64,000 bases of DNA from Octopus sinensis (GCF_006345805.1 NC_043013.1:47802001-47866000); one strand, 5' to 3'; positions 22,941 to 37,015 are shown, counted from the stretch's first letter. Program-made: numbers and translations. The notes: generated by a model not told the origin, from the sequence alone.

Positions 22941-23607
22941 AGCGGCGAGCTGGCAGAAACGTTAGCACGCTGGACGAAATGCGTAGCCGTATTTCGTCCG
23001 CCGCTACGTTCTGAGTTCAAATTCCGCCGAGGTCGACTTTGCCTATCATCCTTTCGGGGGTCGATAAATTAAGTACCAGTTATGCACTGGGGTCGATGTA
23101 ATCGACTTAATCCGTTTGTCTGTCCTTGTTTGTCCCCTCTATGTTTAGCCCCTCGTGGGCAATAAAGAAATAAGAAACGTTAGCACGCCTGGCGAAATGC
23201 ATAGCCGTATTTCGTCTGCCGCTACGTTCTGAGTTCAAATTCCGCCGAGGTCGACTTTGCCTTTCATCCTTTCGGGGGTCGATAAATTAAGTACCATTTA
23301 CGCACTGGGGTCGATGTAATCGTCTTAATCCATTTGTCTGTCCTTGTTTGGCCCCTCTGTGTTTAGCCCCTCGTGGACAATAAAGAAATAAGAAACGTTA
23401 GCACGCCTGGCGAAATGCGTGGCCGTATTTCGTCTGCCGCTACGTTCTGAGTTCAAATTCCGCCGCGGTCGACTTTGCCTTTCATCCTTTCGGGTTCGAT
23501 AAATTAAGTAGCAGTTACGTACTGGGGTAAATCTAATCGACTTAATCCGTTTGTCTGTCCTTGTTTGTCCCCTCTGTGTTTAGCCCCTTGTGGGTAATAA
23601 AGAAACA
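22941..23607 (+). mobile_element. Head-to-tail SINE trimer (abundant family)
   Basis: Three units joined at ...aataaagaaata|agaaacgttagcacg; flanked by direct repeat tattaaaacttccactaa. Confidence 0.85.
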
Positions 23608-23627
23608 AGTATTAAAACTTCCACTAA

Positions 23628-24128
23628 AGCGGCGAACTAGCAGAATCGTTAGCACGCCGGGCAGAAAGCTTAGCAGCGTTTTGTCCGTCTTTTAAAGTTC
23701 AAATTCCGCCGAGGTTGACTTTAATTTTATCCTTTCGGAGTCGGTAAAATAAGGCCTAGACAAGTTCTGGAGTCGGAGTAATTCACTTTCCCTTACGCTC
23801 CAAAACTGCTGACCTTGTGTCAAAATTCGAAGCTATCCCTGATAACATTAATCCTGTCACTAAGGCGGCGAGCTGACTGCATCGTTATCATGCCGGCCAA
23901 AATGCTTAGCGCCATTTCGTCTCTCCTTACGTTCTGAGTATTCCATTACATATGTATTAGATTCATGAAGTCACTGCGTTGATGATATAAATATCCGGTT
24001 TTTACATTCTGAGTTCAAGTTCCGCCGAGATTCACTTTGTCTTTCATTGTTTCGGGGTCAATAAAGTGAGTTGCAGTTGAGTACTGGGGTCGATGTAATC
24101 CACTTAGCCCCTTCCCCGAAATTGTTGG
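23628..24128 (+). mobile_element. Older diverged SINE copies with the alternative 3' tail
   Basis: Same head and body; tail cccttccccgaaattgttggcc / ctgaccttgtgtcaaaatt. Confidence 0.7.
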
Positions 24129-24129
24129 C

Positions 24130-25270
24130 CTCCAGACGACTTCGGAAATTCCTGCAACTCTTCTAGACCGTCTCCTTGTTTAAGTTGGAGAATGCTACCA
24201 TAATCCTTGTGTTTAGTTCATCTTTGGTGTTACAAGGAGTTTTGTTGGTCTCTCGCTCAACTGTGCACCCCACACATAATAATCAAGTGGGGTTGCAGTC
24301 TGGTGAGAGAGTTGGCCAGATGTCATGGTGGTGTTGCTGCAGAAATTGTCTCATAGCCATGACTGGGTTCTCCTGCTTGTGTGGCATGGTGCAGAGTCCT
24401 GTTACCAGACATAGCATCTTCCAGCAGCATCCCTCTTGATCCAAGGCAGCACTACTTCTTCCAGGCACTTGATGTAGGCCTTCATCTTGAATGTAAGGCT
24501 GTGTTGGAAGATGAATCGAATCATAACGTCGCCATCACTAATGACCACCTTAAACACCATAATGTTGATTGGATATTTGATTTCTATGACTCTCAGTACA
24601 TGTTTGGGGGACACGGCACGTCAACGGCTGTTCTATGTGTTCACCATCTGATCCTGGCAGAAATTTTTTTCGTCTGAGAAAAACCAAAGCATGCTCAGCT
24701 GGAGAGGAAGCTTGAGTTTGTTCAAAAGGTTCGTGACAAGGACTTTCCTCTCGTTTTTGATGACTTGGAACAAAAATTGACCTTTTTTCATCTTGTATGA
24801 GAAATACCGAATGTTTTCATACACTACTTGCCTGATAAGAAACTAAGACACTCCCATGTTTCTGGTGATGGATCTGATTGACTTGGAGGGATCGTTGTCA
24901 GTCATGGCCTGGATCTCACCAACTAATTCAGGAGTTATTTTCTTATCAGAACGATCAGAGCGAATTTTCCGAGCTGCCGTACCTTCGTAATTACCATTAG
25001 ATTCATCCAATTCTTTTTCGAATCCTCTGCGCTGTCCGCTGGTTAACATCCAAACACTCTAAAATGTTCGTACTGAAGCTTCCGGTGCGAATGCCAAGCA
25101 GTACAGCATGTCGTTTCCAAATTTCTGGCAGAGTAAAATGTCACATGGTGCTGTTTTTTTCCACAGACGGTGCCCAACTGAAGCAGCTTTACTGTGTAGT
25201 CGACAAAATCATAAACAAACAAGGCGCATGCGTGAAATTACAAATATAAAATGGCGACAATTTACCCATC
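24130..25270 (-). mobile_element. Degenerate Tc1/mariner-superfamily transposon, maT/DD37D-like
   Basis: WFFSDEKNF, QDSAPCHTSRRTQ, WP..SPDCNPLDYYVWGAVE across frameshifts. Confidence 0.8.
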
Positions 25271-25307
25271 GCACGCTGTGTATGTATGTGTGTATATATG
25301 TATGTAG

Positions 25308-25612
25308 TGGAGGTGCAATGGCCCAGTGGTTAGAGTAGCGGACTCATGGTCGTAGGATCGGGGTTTCGATTCCCAGACCGGGCGTTGTGAGTATTTATTG
25401 AGCGGAAACACCTAAAGCTCCACGAGGCTACGGCAGGGGTTGCTGGCGATCCCTATTGTACGCTTTCGCCACAACTTCCTCTCACTCTTTCTTCTGCTCG
25501 CTTAGCCAGCGGGGTGGCGTCATTTGAAGGCTAAAACAATGCGAAGCGCATTGTGACCAGCGATGTGTAGCAACATCAGATAGCCTGGTCGGTCACGGTG
25601 ATCACAGTGATA
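25308..25612 (+). mobile_element. tRNA-headed SINE (head as 22524 family) with RTE-like 3' tail
   Basis: Head ggaggtgcaatggcccagtgg; tail tgtgaccagcg...ctggtcggtcacggtgatcacagtgat. Confidence 0.75.
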
Positions 25613-25907
25613 TATGTATGTATGTCTATATGTATATATAATACACACACAATCACACACACACACACACACAAAGTATCTCATATAGAGCAAATTTAAA
25701 GATTAAAGAGAAATCTTCGATGGATTGTATATATCTAAACAAGCTACTCTTAAGCGTCTCAGGAATACCGATCTTAACTCAGTAGTAGGCGGTGAAGTCC
25801 ATTACGCATTTAGATTACTGAATGTCGCTTGAAGTTTTTATTCCTTCTAAAGTTATACAAGTATATATATGTATTAGAATGGTAGTCTGTTATTCCCATT
25901 AATATTT

Positions 25908-26235
25908 TTAGGTGAAGTGGTTAGAGCGTCAAGCTCAGAATCATGAGGTAGTGAGTCTGATTCCCGGGCCAGGTTGTGTGTTCTTGTTCTCGAGCAAGAC
26001 ACTTTATTTCGCGTTGCTCCAATTCACTCAGCTATAGAAATGAGATGCGACGTCACTGGTGCCAAGTTGTATCGGCCCCTAAGCCTTTCCTTAGGATAAC
26101 ATCAAAGGCGTAGAGAAGGGAGGCTGGTATGCATGGTGAACTGCTGGTTTCCATAAACAACCTTGCCGGACTTGTGCCTCGCAGTAGAACTTTTTAAGTG
26201 CAATCCCATGGTCATTAATGGCCGAAGAGGGTCTT
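25908..26235 (+). mobile_element. Diverged tRNA-headed SINE (fourth family)
   Basis: A/B-box-like head and body gttgctccaattcactcagctatagaaatgag. Confidence 0.55.
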
Positions 26236-26591
26236 TTGCCTTTACTCTATTCGAAAGAATTTTTGGGGCGGCGAGCTGACAGAATGCTTAGCGGCATTTC
26301 GTCCGTCTTCACATTCTGAGTTCAAATTGCGCCGAGGTAGACTTTAACTTTCATCATTTCGTGTTCGATAAAATAAATACCAGTCGAGTACTGAGGTCGT
26401 GCAACTGGGTTCCTCCTCCCTCGAAGTTGCACTCAGTGCAGTAATCAGTAACATAATGCAGTGAGGATATGAGATGCAGAACAAGTTTTTCGGTGGTGAG
26501 CTGTCTGGTAAATATCTCAGCGATGAATAACATCAAACGATATCGCCTTAAAAACAGGATTTATGAAGCATCATCAGGGAATAACAGATAT

Positions 26592-26633
<42 letters not shown>

Positions 26634-26685
26634 ATATATATATATATAATAAATATTACATATATATATATGAATCTATATGGAC

Positions 26686-26730
<45 letters not shown>

Positions 26731-26768
26731 TACATATATATATATATAAATCTATATGTAGATGTACG

Positions 26769-26817
<49 letters not shown>

Positions 26818-26877
26818 GAGAGAGAGAGAGAGAGAGAGAGTGAGTGAGTGAGAAAGAGATAGAAAGAAAGAAAGAAA

Positions 26878-26928
<51 letters not shown>

Positions 26929-27945
26929 TGTCTATATGGATATATATATATGTATATATGCATTTATATCTATATACATATATATATGTTTATGTTTATA
27001 TAAGTCTACAGTTATATGTATGCACATATATAAACACACACACACACACGCGCACATATGAATATATATATATATGTATGCGTGTATTTATGTATATGCA
27101 CTTACCGACGCCTACAACGAATCATGGGGAATGAATTGCATATCCGTGCACACATGCACGCAGATTCACAGACACAAAGACACAAAGAAACAATACAGTG
27201 AACCCTTCATGTAACTATTACCACATACCAACACACACAAGCATTCTGCCTCAGTAATTGCTGTTTATCCAATATCAAAGAGAGTCACTCTTTCCCTAAC
27301 AAAGTACTCGCATTAATTGAGGCCTCTAACTCAGATGTTTCTTTCTATAGGTTAAACTACATTTCCAGAATGAGATACACATTAATATACACAATCATCC
27401 AAAATAACGGCAGTTCTTGGCACACACCAACACACACACACACAGCAGATTAGGGCTGACACCTGAAACATATATACACATATTCTGAAGTTGTATTTTT
27501 TTTTTTACGATCAACTCCTAATTAGGCAAAACTAAACTAAAATGAGAGAAAAGAATAAAAAAAAATCTACCGTAGCTGATTTTTTAAAAAAGATATTTGA
27601 TTTTATTTTTCGCTTTCTTTGCAGCTTAATTGTAATGTTGTTGACTATTACCTCCCTGTCAAGTGTTACTTCTTCAACTAATTAATCATGGCTAATTAAA
27701 ATGATTAGATTGCTAGTTTTTTTTTCTTTTTCTTTTTCTTTATTATTTTTTTTTTTTTTTGGTAACATCGAAATCTCTGTTTTTATTTCATAAATGCCGT
27801 ACGGAGCGAGCTAAAATGTACTTTAATTCGTCAGATTAGTGGTTAATTTTCTAAATGCAAGAGATGTATTAAGTCAATATTAAAGTTAAGGTTGGTTCCA
27901 GTTTTTACATAGTGTTAAATCGATGAATAAATGAGAAAGATATGC

Positions 27946-28069
<124 letters not shown>

Positions 28070-28211
28070 GTGTGTGTGTGTGTGTGTGCACCTGTTTATG
28101 TGTGTATACGCATGTGGGTGAGCGTGCATGCTTGTCTCTGTGTGTGCGTGTGAATGTAAATATACATAAATGCAAACACATACAGACACACAATTGTACA
28201 ATATATATATG

Positions 28212-28253
<42 letters not shown>

Positions 28254-28257
28254 TATA

Positions 28258-28668
28258 GGCGCAGGAGTGGCTGTGTAGTAAGTAGCTTGCTTACCAACCA
28301 CATGGTTCCGGGTTCAGTCCCACTGCGTGGCATCTTGGGCAAGTGTCTTCTACTATAGCCCCGGGCCGACGGATGCCTTGTGAGTGGATTTGGTAGACGG
28401 AAACTGAAAGAAGCCTGTCGTATATATGTATATATATATATGTGTGTGTGTGTGTGTTTCTGTGTCTGTGCTTGTCCCCCTAGCATTGCTTGACAACCGA
28501 TGCTGGTGTGTTTACGTCCCCGTCAATTAGCGGTTCGGCAAAAGAGACCGATAGAAAAGTACTGGGCTTACAAAGAATAAGTCTCGCGGTCGATTTGCTC
28601 GACTAAAGGCGGTGCTCCGGCATGGCCGCAGTCAAATGACTGAAACAAGTAAAAGAGTAAAAGAGTTT
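28258..28668 (+). mobile_element. Full-length CORE-type SINE (OR-like)
   Basis: tRNA head, CORE-like segment, internal TA/TG microsatellite, tail ggcggtgctccggcatggccgcag...gtaaaagagtaaaagag. Confidence 0.85.
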
Positions 28669-28867
28669 AGATGTGAAATTGCGGAATTTCCAGAGAATAC
28701 TAGGCTATCAACACTGTCGGGATCCACACCAAACCCGGAATGCGTCTGGTGCAGAAAATCCAAGTTTCACAACGATTATACCGCCATATGGTTTGGCGAA
28801 GAGTGAATGATCCAATGATAAGAAGAAGAAGAAAAAGTATTTCTCTGTCTTCTTCTTTTCATTGGCT

Positions 28868-28870
28868 GTG

Positions 28871-28902
<32 letters not shown>

Positions 28903-29182
28903 TGTATGTATGTATGTATGCATAGATAGATAGATAGATCGATAGACACACAGACAGACAGATATATAGATAGATAGCGAGATAAATGAATAGATAGATA
29001 GATACATACATACATTACTAATTACATACATGCATACATACTACATACATGCATACATACATACATAACATACATACATTCATAAATACATACATACATA
29101 ACATGCAACATACATAACATACATACATACATACATACATACATACATACATACATACATACATACATACATACATACATAC

Positions 29183-29223
<41 letters not shown>

Positions 29224-29250
29224 AGATAGGTAGATAGATAGATAGATAGG

Positions 29251-29282
<32 letters not shown>

Positions 29283-29313
29283 ATAGATAGATATAGATAG
29301 ATAGATAGATAGG

Positions 29314-29391
<78 letters not shown>

Positions 29392-29395
29392 TAGA
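28868..29395. repeat. Compound (TATG)/(TACA)/(GATA)n microsatellite
   Basis: Direct reading. Confidence 0.95.
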
Positions 29396-29399
29396 TGTA

Positions 29400-29900
29400 G
29401 ACATGATTGGTGTAAGACTTTGCTTCCCAAGCATATGGGTCGAATTTCAGTCCCACTGCGAGGCACCTTGGGCAAGTATCTTCTACGATAGCTTCTGGCT
29501 GACCAAAGCTTTTTGAGTGGCTGTGGTAGACGAAACTGAAAGAAATTCATCATGTATATATGTGTGCGTGTGCCTAAGTGCGTGTATGTGTGTGTGTATG
29601 TATATGTCTGTCTGTCTGTCTTTCTGTCTCGGTCCCCCACCCACCCCAACCGCTTGACAACCAATGTCAATGTGTTTTAAGTACACGTAACATAGCGGTC
29701 AGGCAAAAGTAACCGATAGAATAAGTACTAAGCTTTAAAAAATGTAATTGAGTCGATTCCATCGATTAATGGTCTTCAAGGTAGTGCCCCAGCATAGCCC
29801 CAGGCTAATGACTGAAGCAAGTAGAAGATAAAAGACAAAGGTTTTATTGGCCGCGCTCCAGCATGGCCACAGCCTTAGGGCTGAAACCTTAAAAGAATAT
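29400..29900 (+). mobile_element. Diverged CORE-type SINE with duplicated tail
   Basis: Homologous to 28258; two successive ..ccagcatgg.. tail motifs. Confidence 0.7.
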
Positions 29901-30339
29901 ACGTACATATATATATATATATATATATATATCATGTACATATATATACATTTCAGTAGATATTACTCGTAAAGCTAGCACAGTAATAGTTAAGCTCTGC
30001 AGATAGTGTCATAACACTATATATATATATTATATATATATATATTATATATATATATATATGTATGTATGTATGTAGTATGTATGTATGGTATGTATGT
30101 ATGTATGTATGTATGTATGTATGTATGCATATGTGTATATATATATATATCCAGGTATATTTATTTCCTGGTATATTATATGCCCGCTTTTATAGCTATA
30201 TATAAATATATAACTAATCTCCTATATATATTGTTCCAAGCAAACGTTCACTCATAATTGAGTACGGTGTACGGCTATTGCACACAAGCAACAGATCATG
30301 CATTAGAGAGAGTGAGAGAGAGAGAGAGAGGAGAGAGAC

Positions 30340-30384
<45 letters not shown>

Positions 30385-30998
30385 GACGAAGAGAGTGAAT
30401 GTTTTTGAAACTTTCGTTAGTACCTTAAATCATTATTGCTAGAGTTCTAAAATTATCACTATATTAGTTAAACTTTTATTACACTATATTATGGATAGAT
30501 TTCGTGTTGGGAATTTTTATTTCGTAATTAATCTGGTTGCTTTATGGTTGTAGGAATATAGAAGTTTAAAAAATGTTGTCAAAACTGGGTATTATTTTTC
30601 TACTTTTGCTATAAAGGAGGCTTTTATCTTCCTAAAATATATTACTTTCCATTATATGGCAGAAGGTTTGAAATTTTCGGCGATGGGGCTAGTCGATTAT
30701 ATCGACCCCAGTGCTCAGCTGGTACTTATTTCATCGACCCCGATAGGATGAAAGGTAATGTCACTTCGGTCTTATCTTCTTGTAATGTACTGAGGTTTTC
30801 TATTGGGATCTTGGGGTGAGAATGTAAATCCTTAATTAATATGTTACAAATGATCGCAATATCCGGGTTATAAAAACCTACAAGAGCTTCTTATGATTCA
30901 AATGATGGTTAAAACACCACCTTTCTACCAAGTAGGTGGCCCATCAAAATTTGCTCTAAAATTATAAAACTAAAGACAGAAAGAGGGCGTACGTACAT

Positions 30999-31033
<35 letters not shown>

Positions 31034-31191
31034 TGTGTCTGTGATGGATAACTTTTAAAGGACATGTAAATGACAACTAATCTTATGTTGGTGTTTGTAT
31101 TGCAGAAGGCAATAAATCCACCTGACTTTCATAGACTAAAGAGAATTTGAGTATGTGTGGGTGTGTGTGTAAGAGAGAGAAAGTGAGATAG

Positions 31192-31237
<46 letters not shown>

Positions 31238-32765
31238 AAAGACCGAGAAATTTCTTTCTGCAAGAGAAAAGAAAACGGAAATATGCGCACTAACATAAAC
31301 GCATACACACATATATGTATATGTATATAACTATGTGTATGTATATAATGTGTGTATATATATATATACATATGTGTGTGTGTGTGTGGTCATATATCTG
31401 TACATATACTTATATATATATATATATATATATACATACATATACATATATATATATACATACATATATATATATAAATACATGAGAATCCCCGCCTAAA
31501 TATTTGCATATATCTATATATAAATGTGTACATATATATGCATATATTGATACATAATTTACATATAAATGGTATACATATAATGATATACATACATATA
31601 TAAATGTAAGTATATGTGCGTATGTATGTATGCATGTATGTGTCTTGATATCTATGTATCTATGTATATTCTATATCTATGTATTTCGCTGTGCGTGTCC
31701 ACCAGTTCTGATATATATTTCTATATTATATTTGATTTTATAAGTAAACATTAGCTGAACTACTCTGCTAAACTAGGCACACTTGAATTGTTATGATAAC
31801 TGCATCAAGGATGACTCACTCAGATATAGTTTACAATACTTGCAACAAAAATTCAAATTAAACATTATTTTCTCAATGATATTATTTATTCTTTTGAAAA
31901 ATAATCCTCACATACACGCGAATAACATTTTTTTATTAATTTACTGCTGAAACAATATTTGTTTGGTATATAATGTTTGTTTGGATATATAATGTTTGTT
32001 TGGGTATATAATCTATAACATGATTCCTTAATACTGCTAATTAATAATTTCTTACAATATAAGTATTATATATCTGACCTACTCTTCATCTGTTTATTTA
32101 TATTAAGTTGTCACAAATATAAAATCACGCTTTCATTTATACTTATACATTTACATACATACATACATGCATGGATACACATATACGTACGTACGTATGT
32201 ACGTACGTATGTATGTATTTATGTATGTATGTGTGTGTTCTAGTTTTCTCATTTTTATAAAACTTTCTTCATATTTCACATGATTTTCTTGAAGTTTGTT
32301 TGGCACATTAAATTCCAAAATCCTTAATGAATGTTTTTAGATCTTCATCGTCTAATCTTCAGATTCAAATAATATTGACGTGATTTATTGTTATAGGAGG
32401 AGTCAATGTGGTGTGTTGTAAGCATTAATCTCTTTAATATAACTTTTGTCCGTTAGATTTCAATGATAACAGTCATCAATTTACTTTTGTTCGAAACTTC
32501 AGTGTATTGACTGTATGTGTATGTTAGCTTTGTGCTGTCATCACTACAGCTTCTATCGTTAACGTTCCCCATTTTGAAGGGGATTTTTTTTTTAAAGATA
32601 TGGATGTACGGAAAGAGAGATTGCAGATTGATACAGCAGCGAAATTTGAAATAATAAAATTGGTAAAACCTAATAAAAAAAAAAGTAATAATGATAGCAA
32701 TAATAACAATATCAAATATATCAAGAAAATTCATTTAAGCAATGACAAGAGCAACACGATAATTT

Positions 32766-33900
32766 CAGAGGTTGGTTGAAAAGTTCCTTGGCTGACCAGC
32801 ATACTCACAGAGAATGTGACCGAATGAGGTTCATATCTCAACATGCCCCCCCCTCCCCTTGCGGTCCACATACTCCATCATCGGGTTAGCAGTGCTTAGA
32901 TAACATGGGTGAAGAAGCTTTCATCCTGTTGATCTAAAACGCCATCAACAGCAGATGTGATATCATCACTGCAATGCTGGTTCACAGCGAAGTGTTTCTT
33001 CATATTGGAAAACAGATGATAGTCAGATGGGGCCAAGTAAGGAGAATACGAACTCTGATCAACCAGTTCAAACCCAGTCATGCACAGAAGCATTGAAATA
33101 AAGGACTTGTGTGATGGAACATTGCCCTACTGAAACAAAACCTCTTTCGTCAGTTTTCCTGGCAGTTTGCTCTAGATAGCCTTTCTTTTCTACCTCGGCG
33201 TTTTGACATAGTACTCTGAAGATAGTCAATAGACACAATGCCTTTTGCGTCCCCGAACCTGTGGCCATCACCTTCTCTGCAGATCAAGCGACCTTGGCAT
33301 TCATTGGAGCAGATGTGATGTGTTTCACTTGCATGGCTTGTCTATTTGTTTCTGGCTCAAAGTGATCAACCCAACACTCATACTGGCTTAGGAAACGCTA
33401 AAGAAAACCAGCTGAATCTGACTCGAGGAATGTCAGATTTCCCCGTGATCTGATCAGCTTAATGCGCTTTTGATCAGGTGTCAGAAGCCGTGTCACTCAC
33501 TAAGCAGAAAACTTCGTCGTACCAAGTTCATTGTCCAGAATAACCTCAACTCCCTCATAGAAAATGCCAATAGCATTGGCTGTTTGATTTATAGTCAGTC
33601 CTCTGTCATACATTACCATGTGATGAACATGATCAATGTTCTCCACAGCGATGGAAATAGCAAGAAGTTCAAATCTTGGGTCATTTTCAAGACTCTCCCT
33701 TCCCCTTCTAAGTTCAGTCACCCACTTTGGTAGTGTTCACGAAGGTGGGGCGTCACCCCCTGATGTGGCAGCCATGTCAACATAAATGTTCTTGAGTGCT
33801 AAACATGCTACCACCACAATGACAAATCTTGTCTATTTTCAAGAGAAGTCGCTACCAGAAATTAATGCATGCAAAATTTCACAGTTCTAGCATCGCTCCT
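32766..33900 (-). mobile_element. Degenerate mariner (DD34D) transposon
   Basis: HTH region ENIDHVHHMVMYDRGLTI..., YSPYLAPSDYHLFSNMKKH; TIR-like cagaggttggttgaaaagttcc at left end. Confidence 0.82.
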
Positions 33901-34099
33901 TCATAGACAGCCTATGAATGGCTCAGTCTACCCTATTATTATATGCGAGGTATACAGTAGTTGTATGAACATTGTATATGAACATACACGCACACAAACA
34001 CACACACACTCACACACACATACACACACATAACTAAAACATGGGTACAAACTGCTGACCCACAATTTTTTTTTTGACTTCCAAAAAAAACATGCTTTT

Positions 34100-34325
34100 C
34101 AATATTTGATAAGATGGATACATTGAAACTGGTTATGTTTTAAGTCATTCAGTGTTACAAAATAACTATTGTCAATAACTATTGAAAATGTTGCAAGACG
34201 CAACGAAGAATTTAGAAAAATAAATAAGTAAAAGAGTGGAAATTTTACTGGTGAGTGTGTTAAATTATAAAGCACTAAAAGAGAATGACTCTCCCCAGAC
34301 ACAACAAAAAAATTAAACATTCTCT
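34100..34325 (+). repeat. Diverged half-copy of the 35.4-kb fold-back family
   Basis: ctattgaaaatgttgcaagacgcaacgaag...gagaatgactctccccagacacaaca. Confidence 0.75.
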
Positions 34326-34392
34326 AAAATATACTTCTGTCTTTTCTAACTTTATTTACTTTTTTAGCTATATATTTACATATGTATACTAT

Positions 34393-34560
34393 GTAGGCGC
34401 AAGCGTGGCTGTGTCGTATGAAGATAGCTTTCAAACCACGTAGTTCCAGCTTCAGTCTCACAACGTTGCACCCCGGGCAAATATCTTCTACTGTAGCCTA
34501 GGGCCGACCACAGCTTTGTGAGTGGGTTCGAAAGACGGACACTAAAAGAACCCTCGGGTA
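34393..34560 (+). mobile_element. CORE-type SINE 5' half
   Basis: Homologous to 28258-28425. Confidence 0.7.
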
Positions 34561-34585
34561 TATGTGTTTGCATGTATGTATGTTA

Positions 34586-34616
<31 letters not shown>

Positions 34617-34646
34617 TGTATGTATGTATGTATGTATGTGTGTGTG

Positions 34647-34702
<56 letters not shown>

Positions 34703-34783
34703 TCCAGAGATTGAGGTGTAGGAAGAAAGTTAGCTTCAAGCAATCTGTAGCAAATATATAACAGTATACAAATTACATACTAC

Positions 34784-34816
<33 letters not shown>

Positions 34817-34826
34817 ATATATATGT

Positions 34827-34865
<39 letters not shown>

Positions 34866-34988
34866 TGTGTGTGTGTGTGGTGTGGTGTGTGTGTGTGTGT
34901 GTGTGTGTAAGATCCAGAGATTGAGGTGTAGGAAGAAAGTTAGCTTCAAGCAATCTGTAGCAAATATATAACAGTATACAAATTACAT

Positions 34989-35034
<46 letters not shown>

Positions 35035-35046
35035 GTGTGTGTGTGG

Positions 35047-35077
<31 letters not shown>

Positions 35078-35359
35078 TGTGTGTGTGAGTGTATACATAC
35101 CTACACAGATATAGAAGATAATATACAAAGCCATATCATGGATATATATATTCTTTTGTTTTAGCCGTGCGGCTGCTGTCATGTTAGAGTACCACCCACA
35201 CGCACACGCACACGCACAAATATATATGTATAGACACATATTATTTGTTCTTAAATTATACAGAAGAACTTTAGCGTTAAACAGGATTACGTAATCTTTT
35301 TTCGTTTTTGGATTTGGTTTGCAAGATTCTTTATATGAGTTCGTGTGTTGAAGCATCTT

Positions 35360-35643
35360 CTGTTGTGTCTGAGGAGAGTCATTCTCTTTTAGTGCCTTAT
35401 TATTTAACACACTCACCGGTAAAATTTCCACTTATTTCTTATTTTTATTTTCTAAAATATTCGTTGCATCTTGCAACCTTTTCAATAGTCTTGACTATTG
35501 AAAAGAGTCAAGACTATTGAAAAGGTTGCAAGACGCAACGAAAATTTTAGGAAAATAAAAATAAGAGATAAGTGGAAATTTTACCGGTGAGTGTGTTAAA
35601 TAATAAGGCACTAAAAGAGAATGACTCTCCTCAAACACAACAG
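35360..35643. repeat. ~285-bp near-perfect fold-back with a hammerhead-like motif in each arm
   Basis: Arms are reverse complements around ~35490-35512. Confidence 0.9.
35514..35550 (+). ncRNA. Minimal hammerhead-like motif, U3-A8 variant (second family)
   Basis: CTA-TTGAAAA-G-GTTGC(aagac)GCAAC-GAAA-ATTT-TAG. Confidence 0.55.
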
Positions 35644-36123
35644 TGTAATTCTTTTTATAAAGTGTTTATTTATTAAGCTTTACAAAAAAGAAAAGAGCTG
35701 ACATTGCCTTAAATTTTTGGCTTGCTCGGCTTCATCCGAGGGCAGTTTAGTTTGGCTCTTTTCGATTTCAAATAGTTTGTGGCCAGCTGTTGTTTTGCTG
35801 GAGTACATGGGTGCATGTGAATTATAATTACGGGTGGTGTTGGTAAAGAGGGGTAGAAGAGAATAAAGTAGTATAGAAGACACGTATGTGCTTTATAAGG
35901 GGTTCATTAATAGAAAATTACAGTGAGGAAAGGTATTGTTTTGGGCTTTTATTTGGCCACCACACCACTTTAGAATTGTTATCGTTTTGTTTACGCCCCC
36001 CTCCACTCCTAACAGAGCGGTTCCTCAAAAGTTACCGAAAATAATATACCAAACTTAAAAGCAATGCAGTGGATTTGTTTGAATTTAAGGGGTGCAATAG
36101 AAATCACAGGAATAGATAGATAA

Positions 36124-36214
<91 letters not shown>

Positions 36215-36921
36215 TTCTCTTTTAACCCTCTCGCATGCACGTCCCTTGCGCCCCCGTCACATTCACATTTTCCTCCCCACCCTAACCTCACACTTTCTCA
36301 CTCACACACCTTCACTCCATCTTTGTTTGACAACTGTATTTAACACCTTCCTTGCTACCAATTCTTTAGCTAGCTAACACACACACAAACACCACACACG
36401 CACACACAAACTTCTAATTCTCCTCATCTCTTTTGCTTCACTTTCATTCAAAAGATTTTTTTTTCTTCCTGCCTTTTTCTTTCCACCTTACGATTACCTT
36501 ACGAAACGCTCCGACTCTACTTTCTCCGGCTCTGTCCCTCCCTTCATTATTCACCTCTAGAAACTACACCTGGATTTCGCCAATTTGCATCTTTGAATAC
36601 TTAGGAATCGCTGCAACCGTGTAAAAAACGTTTTTAAAATGCTGCTTCTTTTCTCTCTCTCTCCCTCACTCTCTCTCTCTCTCCCTCACTCTCTCTCTCT
36701 CTCCCTCTCTCTCCCTCCCTCACTCTCCCTCTCTCTCCCTCTGTCTTTCTCTCTCTCTTTCTTTCTCTCTCTCTTTCTCTCTCTGTTTTAGAACTTCTAC
36801 ACATACTTACACCTATGCTTTTTTCTTTGTTTATTACCTTCCACCTTTCCGGACTTACGTAAGTTATATTACCTGGACAGACTTTTCACCAGTGGCGCGT
36901 ACGCGCTCATATGTATGTAAA

Positions 36922-36972
<51 letters not shown>

Positions 36973-37015
36973 TTAGATAGATAGATAGAAGATAGATAGA
37001 TAGATAGATAGATAG

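Noticed and set aside
22941-23607. Regularly spaced repeats resembling a CRISPR array
   Set aside because: Units are whole SINEs without unique spacers, in a eukaryotic context with no cas genes.
26530-26575. CTGATGA-containing motifs here and at 47090, 50760 and 60750; TTGAAAA at 50887
   Set aside because: Could not assemble stem II, GAAA, UH and stem I together.
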